Origin: a plasmid
Strand: one strand, 5' to 3'
Sequence record: NZ_CP149754.1
DNA: 57,443 nucleotides
Positions 49,633-57,297 of this stretch are shown piece after piece. The position numbers and the translations under genes were made by a program. Every line of letters starts with the position of its first letter. Positions within the stretch are counted from its first letter, which is position 1. Under the pieces are notes generated by a model, which worked only from the letters and a program-made list of their open reading frames with translations, was not told where the DNA came from and ran no database searches.

Positions 49633-50943
49633 ATGGCTTTAGGTGGAGGAACATTTGTAACACAAAATAAGGTCCTACCTGGTGCATATATAAATTTTGT
49701 AAGTGCTACAAGGGCAACCAGTTCATTATCGGATAGAGGTATTGTTGCAATGCCTTTAGAGTTAGATTGGGGCATAGATGAAGAAATTTTCACAGTAACC
49801 AGTGATGATTTTGAGAAGTATTCAACTAAGTATTTTGGATATGATTATACTCATGAGAAGCTGAAAGGTTTGAGAGATTTATTCAAAAATATAAGGTTGG
49901 GATATTTTTATAAATTGAATAAAGGTGTTAAAGCTAGTTGCAGTATTGCTACAGCTAAGTACTCAGGTACTAGAGGTAATGATTTAAAAGTTATAGTTAC
50001 AACAAACATTGATGATAACACTAAGTTTGATGTTGTAACACTTTTGGATAATAAGAAAGTAGATACCCAAATAGCAAAAGTTATTACAGACTTACAGGAC
50101 AATGACTATATTACTTGGAAGAAGGATACAACACTAGAAGCAAGTGCAGGGCTTGTATTTACTGGTGGAACTAATGGCGAATCAGTCACAGGAGCAGAGT
50201 ATCAAGCTTTCTTGGATAAAATAGAAAGCTACTCATTTAATGCACTAGGCAGTTTGGCTACAACAGCAGAAATTAAAAGTTTATTTGTAGAGTTTACTAA
50301 AAGAATGAGAGATAAAGTAGGAGCTAAGTTTCAAACTGTACTATATAAAAAGAATGATGCAGATTACGAAGGTGTAGTATCTGTAGAAAATAAAGTTAAA
50401 GATACTGGGTTATTAGAATCTAGTTTAGTTTATTGGACTACTGGAGCTATAGCAGGATGCGATATAAATAAATCTAATACTAATAAAAAGTATGATGGTG
50501 AGTTTGATGTTGATGTAAATTACACACAAATACAACTTGAAGAAGCACTAAAGAGTGGTAAATTTATATTTCATAAAGTTGGTGATGAAGTTCATGTGTT
50601 AGAGGACATAAATACTTTTGTATCATTTACAGATGATAAAAATGACGATTTTTCAAGTAACCAAAGTGTTAGAGTACTTGACCAAATTGCTAATGATATT
50701 GCAACTTTATTTAATGAAAAGTATTTAGGTAAAGTTCCGAATGATAAGGCAGGAAGAATAAGTTTCTGGAATGATGTTGTTAAACACCATAAAGAATTAG
50801 AGAATATAAGGGCAATAGAAGATTTTAAAACTGATGATGTTAGTGTAGAGCTTGGAAATGATAAGAAAACTGTCATAGTATCTGATGCTGTTAAGGTTAT
50901 AAATGCTATGAGTAAGCTTTATATGACTGTTTCAGTTAGTTAA
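49633..50943 (+). CDS. tail sheath protein (XkdK-like)
   Basis: MALGGGTFVTQNKVLPGAYINFVS is the typical sheath N-terminus; 436 aa. Confidence 0.8.
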   Translation: MALGGGTFVTQNKVLPGAYINFVSATRATSSLSDRGIVAMPLELDWGIDEEIFTVTSDDFEKYSTKYFGYDYTHEKLKGLRDLFKNIRLGYFYKLNKGVKASCSIATAKYSGTRGNDLKVIVTTNIDDNTKFDVVTLLDNKKVDTQIAKVITDLQDNDYITWKKDTTLEASAGLVFTGGTNGESVTGAEYQAFLDKIESYSFNALGSLATTAEIKSLFVEFTKRMRDKVGAKFQTVLYKKNDADYEGVVSVENKVKDTGLLESSLVYWTTGAIAGCDINKSNTNKKYDGEFDVDVNYTQIQLEEALKSGKFIFHKVGDEVHVLEDINTFVSFTDDKNDDFSSNQSVRVLDQIANDIATLFNEKYLGKVPNDKAGRISFWNDVVKHHKELENIRAIEDFKTDDVSVELGNDKKTVIVSDAVKVINAMSKLYMTVSVS

Positions 50944-50959
50944 GAGAGGAGTGTGATAT

Positions 50960-51430
50960 ATGTTTCAGCAAATAAAAGCAAGAGATACAATAAGTGCATC
51001 TAAGGCAGAATGCTATGTTACTATCGAGGGTAAAAGATATAATTTTATGCAAGCTATTAACTTAGAAGCTAAGATGGAAAAAAATAAAAGTGAAGTTCCT
51101 ATCTTAGGTAGCACTACAAAAGGGAATAAAAGTACTGGAAGCAAATACACAGGAAGTGCAACATTTCACTACAATACTTCTATATTTAGAGAGCTTCTTT
51201 ATAGGTACAAAGAGACTGGTGAAGATATTTATTTTGATATACAGGTAACAAATGAAGACCCAACGAGTTCAGCTGGACGTCAAACTATAATACTTAAGGA
51301 TTGCAACATGGACAGTGGAATTATAGTTAAATTTGATGCAGATGGTGAGTATCTTGATGAAGATATGGACTTTACATGCGAGGATTGGGAATTGGTTGAA
51401 AAGTTCAATATAATAAATGGAATGGAATAA
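50960..51430 (+). CDS. tail tube protein (XkdM-like)
   Basis: 156 aa, directly after the sheath gene. Confidence 0.7.
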   Translation: MFQQIKARDTISASKAECYVTIEGKRYNFMQAINLEAKMEKNKSEVPILGSTTKGNKSTGSKYTGSATFHYNTSIFRELLYRYKETGEDIYFDIQVTNEDPTSSAGRQTIILKDCNMDSGIIVKFDADGEYLDEDMDFTCEDWELVEKFNIINGME

Positions 51431-51500
51431 AACACACATTTATAAATTATAGATGTGTTTTTTTATATAAAAAATTAAAATAAAAGGAGATTAGGATAAT

Positions 51501-51941
51501 ATGAGTAATTTAAGTGCTTTTTTAAGTCAAAATGCAATAAAGGTTGATAATGTAAAATATATAGCAAGTGATAGATTTTTAGACGAAGAAGGAAAGCCAG
51601 TTGAATGGGAATTAAAAGTTTTATCTTCTGAGGAAGATGAAGTATTAAGAAGAAATTGTACCAAAAGAGTAAAAGTGATTGGCAATAACGGGAAGCCAAC
51701 AGGTCAATTCACAAGTGAAATTGATTATAACAGTTATGTAGCTGAATTATGTGTAGCATCTACAGTATTTCCAGATTTAAAGGATGCCGAACTCCAAAAT
51801 AGTTATGGAGTGATGGGAGAAGCTCAGTTATTAAAGACAATGCTTACAGCAGGTGAGTATGTCAACTATACAGTAAAAGTTAATGAGGTTAATGGATTTG
51901 ATACAACATTTGAAGATAAAGTAGAAGAAGCAAAAAACTAA
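51501..51941 (+). CDS. XkdN-like tail assembly chaperone
   Basis: 146 aa. The slippery heptamer AAAAAAC sits at 51932-51938, just before the stop. Confidence 0.7.
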   Translation: MSNLSAFLSQNAIKVDNVKYIASDRFLDEEGKPVEWELKVLSSEEDEVLRRNCTKRVKVIGNNGKPTGQFTSEIDYNSYVAELCVASTVFPDLKDAELQNSYGVMGEAQLLKTMLTAGEYVNYTVKVNEVNGFDTTFEDKVEEAKN

Positions 51942-52135
51942 TTAGGGGCGGCGATTTTGATGCTAGTATCACGCATTATTGTATCCAAAAATTAAAGTGG
52001 AAACCAGGTGATTATATGGGATTAGAGATTAATGAGAGAGCATTAGCAGCCGCCTCAATACTTATTAAGATAGAGGATGAAGAGGAAGCAATGAAAGAAG
52101 CTGAAAGAGAGAGAAAGAGGGGTAGAAGAAGATAG
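51920..52135 (+). CDS. -1 frameshift extension of tail assembly chaperone (G/GT-like)
   Basis: The -1 frame is open from 51920 to TAG 52133-52135 and encodes a charged tail (...EEEAMKEAERERKRGRRR). Confidence 0.55.
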   Translation, partial: SRRSKKLIRGGDFDASITHYCIQKLKWKPGDYMGLEINERALAAASILIKIEDEEEAMKEAERERKRGRRR

Positions 52136-52283
52136 CAAAATAAAAAAATAAATATAGAATAGGTAAAATATGTAATAATTATATGTTATAATATTTTTAG
52201 CAAGAAGATGTAATCTACAATTTATAGAGTGGAGTTCATACAAAAGATTATCCTCCCAACGTATAGAAGGGAGGTGAATATGT

Positions 52284-52445
52284 ATGGATAATTTTTTGAT
52301 TGGTGTATTAGCTAGTTTAACAGCTAGTCTAATCGGTTACATAGTTTGTCTATGTATCAAAAAAGTAAAAAGCCACTCTGTGCAAGAGAGTGACTTAGAT
52401 GTTGAGCTTAAATTTTCATTTAAGTTCAAAAAAAATAAGCATTAA
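52284..52445 (+). CDS. type I toxin, second copy (53 aa)
   Basis: MDNFLIGVLASLTASLIGYIVCLCIKKVKSHSVQESDLDVELKFSFKFKKNKH. The 5' UTR hairpin (CCTCCC...GGGAGG) and promoter are conserved with 28085-28237. Confidence 0.65.
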   Translation: MDNFLIGVLASLTASLIGYIVCLCIKKVKSHSVQESDLDVELKFSFKFKKNKH

Positions 52446-52490
52446 ATTGTTTAGAACTTCACTCTACTTCCAAATAGATTGTAGTTTTTC
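52330..52490 (-). ncRNA. putative antisense antitoxin RNA, second copy (approximate)
   Basis: Minus-strand extended -10 TTTGTAGTATAAT at plus coordinates 52498-52510. Confidence 0.3.
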
Positions 52491-52726
52491 TTGATTTTAT
52501 TATACTACAAATTGGTACAGATATTTAAAAATAATATATTCATAATATTATAAAAATGTAGAGATTTTGCAGTGTTCGATTTTTGTAATAAAATATGGTT
52601 TAACAATTGGAATACAAGGCATTGAGGGTGTGTGATAAATGTTATCAATTGCACTACTCATGGTTCACTGCAAATTTGAGAGAGGTGTGTATGTGTAGGT
52701 ATTGGAAATGCTAAGTTTATTTTGGG

Positions 52727-53220
52727 GTTTTAGATTAACTATATGGAATGTAAATTTTGTATAAACAGGAGTAGTCCAACCACCAGCAACCTTGTTTTAG
52801 ATTAACTATATGGAATGTAAATATTTCATTCATACAATATTCGTGCAATGTAGGATGAGTTTTAGATTAACTATATGGAATGTAAATCAAATAGTCCAGC
52901 GAATTTAATTCATCAGTATAAACAATAGTTTTAGATTAACTATATGGAATGTAAATAACTTTTCGAGAGTCTCAATTTACAGAAGAAATTGGAGTTTTAG
53001 ATTAACTATATGGAATGTAAATTGTAATTAAGTTAGATATGGCAAAAGAAATAGCTATGCGTTTTAGATTAACTATATGGAATGTAAATTTTAATGATTC
53101 TACAACTCTTACAGACTCAGATGATGTTTTAGATTAACTATATGGAATGTAAATGGGTGGGAGATATGGCAACTATCCACACATGAAATTGGTTTTAGAT
53201 TAACTATGTGGATTCAAAAT
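52727..53220 (+). CRISPR. CRISPR array 3: 8 repeats (variant GTTTTAGATTAACTATATGGAATGTAAAT), 7 spacers (36-40 bp); terminal repeat degenerate
   Basis: Repeats at 52727, 52794, 52859, 52928, 52994, 53061, 53126 and 53192. Conserved leader upstream; hairpin terminator at 53228-53262. Confidence 0.9.
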
Positions 53221-53289
53221 TAAATAAACAAAGAAAGCACTTACAAACATGTAGGTGCTTTTGTTATGTAAAAAAATAGAGGTGATTAA

Positions 53290-53487
53290 ATGAATAAAGA
53301 TATAGAATTTATTGCCTGTTCAATGAGGTTAAAAATTTTGATACAAGCAAGAGAAGACTTAATTGAAAATATAAATAAATATTCAACTAAGTCTTATGAA
53401 AAAAATATTGATAATTATAAAAAATTAGATATGATTTTCGAAGATGCTATAAAGTTTGAAGCTATACTCCTATCATCTTTAAAATAA
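53290..53487 (+). CDS. hypothetical protein
   Basis: AGAGGTGA RBS; 65 aa. Confidence 0.4.
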   Translation: MNKDIEFIACSMRLKILIQAREDLIENINKYSTKSYEKNIDNYKKLDMIFEDAIKFEAILLSSLK

Positions 53488-53827
53488 CACTAGATGCAAC
53501 ACTGCCTATAACTTCTAAAGAGGCGGAAGATGCAAAATTACCTAATTGTTTTTTAGTTTTATTCCAAACAGTGTCATCTCTTATATTGTCAAGATAATCA
53601 TAACCAAAGGAGGTTATCCTCTTAACAATATAATGTTTATATAAGCATCTTTGAACACCCATTGGTGTAGCTTCAATAAAGCCAACATCCAATAATAATT
53701 GTAAATGATAAGAAATAGTTCTTTCATCGTAGACATCAGTCATGAAATCACTGATAGACATTCTATCAGCATCAGATTCTTCCATTTTGATTAGAATATC
53801 TCTTATCAATTCTAAATCACGTTTCAT
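53462..53827 (-). CDS. hypothetical protein (YjcQ/DUF2513-like)
   Basis: AAAGGATGGTG RBS. A 12-bp inverted repeat operator (TTAATTTAGGAA/TTCCTAAATTAA) lies in its upstream region at 53853-53890. Confidence 0.4.
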   Translation of the reverse strand: MKRDLELIRDILIKMEESDADRMSISDFMTDVYDERTISYHLQLLLDVGFIEATPMGVQRCLYKHYIVKRITSFGYDYLDNIRDDTVWNKTKKQLGNFASSASLEVIGSVASSVILKMIGV

Positions 53828-54265
53828 TATATCACCATCCTTTCATAATTAATTTAGGAAGTATCTACTAATATTTCCTAAATTAATTATAGCATGGTAT
53901 ATTAGGGAGATTTGTTTATATTAAGAATAATATGTGGATATTTTATGTATGTAGTATATGAACTAAATAGATAATATAGTAAGCACTTACAAATATGTAG
54001 GTGCTTTTATAAAATATTTGAAATGATAGCACATTCCCGTTTTGGGAACATGGTCAAAACTCAAACTATATTACTAGTATATTAAATATGTAGTATCAAA
54101 ATTAAATAAAGAAAAGGAAGCACTTACTTTTGGTAGGTGCTTTTGTTTTGCTCAAATTTGGTCGGTTGGGTAAAATAATTAGAAAAAAAGATATAGCTGA
54201 GGTAGTGTTTTACGACGCTAGCTTCAATAAAATTTTATTTGCAAAATATTCCAAAATAGCTTGAC

Positions 54266-54306
54266 TGTAACTCGTTACAATATTATTATTAATGTAACGA
54301 GTTACA
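54266..54306. promoter_or_regulatory. promoter (-35 TTGACT) with inverted repeat operator TGTAACTCGTTACA...TGTAACGAGTTACA
   Basis: 14-bp arms separated by 13 bp, lying between the -35 and the RBS of the RHH-like gene. Confidence 0.45.
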
Positions 54307-54323
54307 GAAAAGAGGTGAATAAA

Positions 54324-54503
54324 ATAGCAACTAAAAGTAGGGCAGAGTATATGAAAAATCGTCGAAAAGATAAAAGAGGTTTTAGTGTACTTTTAGACAA
54401 AGAAAAGTTAGATAAATTTGATGAAGTATTAGAGGAAAAGAATCTAACCAAGAAAGAATGGCTAGAAGAAAAAATCGACGAGGAACTGGAACAAAAGGAA
54501 TAA
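54324..54503 (+). CDS. small RHH-like (ribbon-helix-helix) regulator; probable non-AUG (AUA) start, alternative AUG at 54351
   Basis: Strong RBS AAAAGAGGTG 6 nt before ATA. Conserved with the paralog at 56998-57180, which has no in-frame ATG/GTG/TTG. Beta-strand-like KRGFSVLLDKE followed by helices. Confidence 0.45.
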   Translation: MATKSRAEYMKNRRKDKRGFSVLLDKEKLDKFDEVLEEKNLTKKEWLEEKIDEELEQKE

Positions 54504-54547
54504 AAAATAAGGGTCACTCCCACCGACCAAAGTTTGAGTAACCCCTA

Positions 54548-54586
54548 TGACGTATACTATACATCAACTAACTATAGTATACGTCA
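54548..54586. promoter_or_regulatory. perfect 14-bp inverted repeat TGACGTATACTATA-N11-TATAGTATACGTCA upstream of antirepressor gene
   Basis: Lies 35 bp upstream of the BRO gene start; the paralogous site is at 57226-57262. Confidence 0.5.
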
Positions 54587-54622
54587 TTCCTTAAAAAATT
54601 TCAATTAAGGAGTGTAATAGTT

Positions 54623-55489
54623 ATGAAAAATTTAATAGTAAAAGAGTTCAATGGAAGTCAAATTTATACTTTTATGTGGAAAGAAAAATCTTGTTGGATA
54701 GCTAATCAAATAGTTGGATTATTCGATTATGCTGATGTATCTAAAACAATACAGGATTGCATAAAAGCAGAAGACTTTGAGATTGAACAAGAGTATGATG
54801 TATTGAAAGGAAATGAATTTAATGATTTTGTAACTACTTTAAATGTAGTCGCAAATAATATAATTAGTAATAAAGCTAGAAGTATAACTATTTTTTATGA
54901 AGATGGTTTATATGGATTTTTACAATACACAGACAAACCTATTGGTGTACAGTTTAGGAAATGGCTTAGACGAGAAGTTTTACCAGCTATTCGACAACAT
55001 GGTGCATACATAACAAATAACGCTGACCCTCAAGCATTAAGAGAAAAAGCAAATGAAATAGAAAGTTTAGATACAGTTAATAAGACTATAGAAATACTAA
55101 CTCCATTCTTAGATAATGCTGGAATAGATGAAAAAGCAAAATTACTTACAGCAAAGACTATCTACAAAAAGGCAGGAATAGAGTTACCTCTTGAAATAGA
55201 AGAGAAGGAACATTTCTTTGATACTGTACAAATAGCAACTAAGTTAAATGTTTATTCTAAGTCTAATAAACCTGCATTTCATGCAATAGGTGAAATTATT
55301 AAGAAGTTAGATATACAAGATAATGAAAAGTTAGTAGTACTAGAGAGTAAAAGAGGTTGGAGTGGAAGTGTCAATAAGTATTCACAGAGTGTAATAGATA
55401 AAATAAGACATTGGATAGAGGAGAATAATAGACCTACTAAGATACAAGGTGAGAAGAAGAATTTTCATGTGGTTTATAAAATTGAGTAA
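54623..55489 (+). CDS. BRO-N / KilA-C phage antirepressor (intact copy)
   Basis: BRO-N motif FRKWLRREVLPAIRQHGAYITNN. 288 aa. AAGGAG RBS. Confidence 0.75.
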   Translation: MKNLIVKEFNGSQIYTFMWKEKSCWIANQIVGLFDYADVSKTIQDCIKAEDFEIEQEYDVLKGNEFNDFVTTLNVVANNIISNKARSITIFYEDGLYGFLQYTDKPIGVQFRKWLRREVLPAIRQHGAYITNNADPQALREKANEIESLDTVNKTIEILTPFLDNAGIDEKAKLLTAKTIYKKAGIELPLEIEEKEHFFDTVQIATKLNVYSKSNKPAFHAIGEIIKKLDIQDNEKLVVLESKRGWSGSVNKYSQSVIDKIRHWIEENNRPTKIQGEKKNFHVVYKIE

Positions 55490-55543
55490 ATTTATCAGTT
55501 GTATTAAATAATATATTTTAGTTTATTTTGGGGGGTTAATACA

Positions 55544-55699
55544 ATGTGTGAGAATTTACTTGATATGGATAGAATAGAACTTATTAGAGAACTTGGAAGT
55601 ATCTTTGAAAAAATGAGAAATGAAAATCCAGATAAATTTTATAGATTTGTAAGTTTAGTGAAAGAAGAATGTAGGAAAAAAGAAGAGAAAAATAAGTAA
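55544..55699 (+). CDS. small hypothetical protein (51 aa), paralog of 738-914
   Basis: GGGGGG RBS. MCENLL N-terminus conserved. Confidence 0.4.
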   Translation: MCENLLDMDRIELIRELGSIFEKMRNENPDKFYRFVSLVKEECRKKEEKNK

Positions 55700-55796
55700 A
55701 TAATATAAATAAAGCACTTGGATATTATGTTGTTTCAAGTGCTTTGTTTGTTAAAAAGTGGTATAATAAAAATATAGAAATCTATAAACACAAGTC

Positions 55797-56156
55797 GTTT
55801 TATATTAACTAAGTGGTATGTAAATCGTACAGATAGTATTGCATTAGAGGAAAGTTTAAAAGCGTTTTAGATTAACTATATGGAATGTAAATGTTTTTAA
55901 AGCTTCTTCAAGTTGTATTTGTGTATAATGTTTTAGATTAACTATATGGAATGTAAATCCAACTGAATAAACAATAATTTTATCAATTTCTTTAGTTTTA
56001 GATTAACTATATGGAATGTAAATTATTTTACAGATGAACAATTACAATTACTTCTTGCATGTTTTATATTAACTAAGTGGTATGTAAATAAATCAAAAGA
56101 TAGGAATGATAATTTTAAAACTCCAAACTTTTATATTAACAATGTGGAGAAAAACT
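55797..56156 (+). CRISPR. CRISPR array 4: 6 repeats mixing two repeat variants, 5 spacers; terminal repeat degenerate
   Basis: Repeats at 55797 (ATATTAACTAAGTGGTATG type), 55864, 55930 and 55995 (AGATTAACTATATGGAATG type), 56061 (first type) and 56128 (degenerate). Promoter TGGTATAAT at 55759-55767. Confidence 0.9.
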
Positions 56157-56289
56157 AAATAGAAGAAAGAAGCACTTATTTTTGGTAGGTGCTTTTATTT
56201 TGCTCAAAATATTTTAAATCAATAGACTAAGTTCTTATTTTTAGATAGAATTATATTTGAATAAAGAATTTAATAGGGGAGAGTTCATT

Positions 56290-56814
56290 ATGTGGGGAAA
56301 ATTTAAAAAATTAAGTTTGTTGAAGAAAATTTTAGTGATATTTTTAATATACTTTGTTGTATTTACAGTATCAATGATGATTCATCAAGCGATACGAGAT
56401 TCAAAAAATAGAGATGAAGTAAATGAAGGAAATATTACAAAAGAAAATATAATTAGCGAAAGAGAAAAAGAAGATATTTATAAACAAGAGATGCAAGCAA
56501 AAGTAGACTCTATGATACCAGAAGACTTAAAAGATAAAACAACATATTATGTTAACATATTAAACCCAACAAAAGGTGAGGGATATATAGTTAGTATTCA
56601 AGTGGAAAATTCTAGGTTTAATGATGAAAATGAGTGTAGAAACTTTACTAAAGAATTTGTAAACAATATAAAAGATATGAATGATATCCATTCAGTGAGA
56701 ATAAGCTTTATTGTTGATGTGACACTCACTTATAATGTATTTTTAGATGATTGGAATAATATAAAAAATAATGTAAATTTAATTGATGATTTGGATTTCT
56801 CGTCTGGAAATTAG
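56290..56814 (+). CDS. hypothetical membrane-anchored protein
   Basis: GGGGAGAG RBS. An N-terminal TM helix follows a short basic segment. Confidence 0.5.
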   Translation: MWGKFKKLSLLKKILVIFLIYFVVFTVSMMIHQAIRDSKNRDEVNEGNITKENIISEREKEDIYKQEMQAKVDSMIPEDLKDKTTYYVNILNPTKGEGYIVSIQVENSRFNDENECRNFTKEFVNNIKDMNDIHSVRISFIVDVTLTYNVFLDDWNNIKNNVNLIDDLDFSSGN

Positions 56815-56997
56815 GTGAATACTTTATTTTAAAATTAAATCTGTTATATAGAAAGCACTTACTTTTTGGTAGGTGCTTTTGTTTTGCTCAAAATTGGTCG
56901 GTTGAGTAAAATAATTAGAAAAAATTAGTAAAAACTCTTGAAAAGTGTCGCGATACAATGTATAATTATATTATCGCGATACAGAAAAGAGGTGAAA

Positions 56998-57180
56998 ATT
57001 ATTACTGATAGCAGTAGAGCAGATTACTTCAAGCAGAGACGACAGAATAAGAAAACTTTTAGTGTTCTACTAGATAGAGAGAAAGTAGAAAAAATTGAAG
57101 AACATTTAAAAAAGCAGAACAAGACTAAAACTATTTGGCTTGAAGAAAAGATTAATGAAGAGTTAGAAAAAGAGGAATAA
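56998..57180 (+). CDS. small RHH-like regulator, second paralog; only AUU codons available as start
   Basis: RBS GAGGTG at 56989-56994. No ATG/GTG/TTG anywhere in frame up to the stop. Operator repeats TGTCGCGATACA / TATCGCGATACA lie at 56946-56983. Confidence 0.4.
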   Translation: MITDSSRADYFKQRRQNKKTFSVLLDREKVEKIEEHLKKQNKTKTIWLEEKINEELEKEE

Positions 57181-57225
57181 AAAATAAGAGACGTTCTCCC
57201 CGACCAAAGATTGAACATCCCTTAT

Positions 57226-57262
57226 TGACGTATATTATATACACTAACTATAGTATACGTCA
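57226..57262. promoter_or_regulatory. inverted repeat TGACGTATATTATA-N10-TATAGTATACGTCA upstream of second antirepressor gene
   Basis: Paralogous to 54548-54586 with one arm mismatch. Confidence 0.5.
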
Positions 57263-57297
57263 TTCCTTAAAAAAATTCAATTAAGGAGTGTAATATT

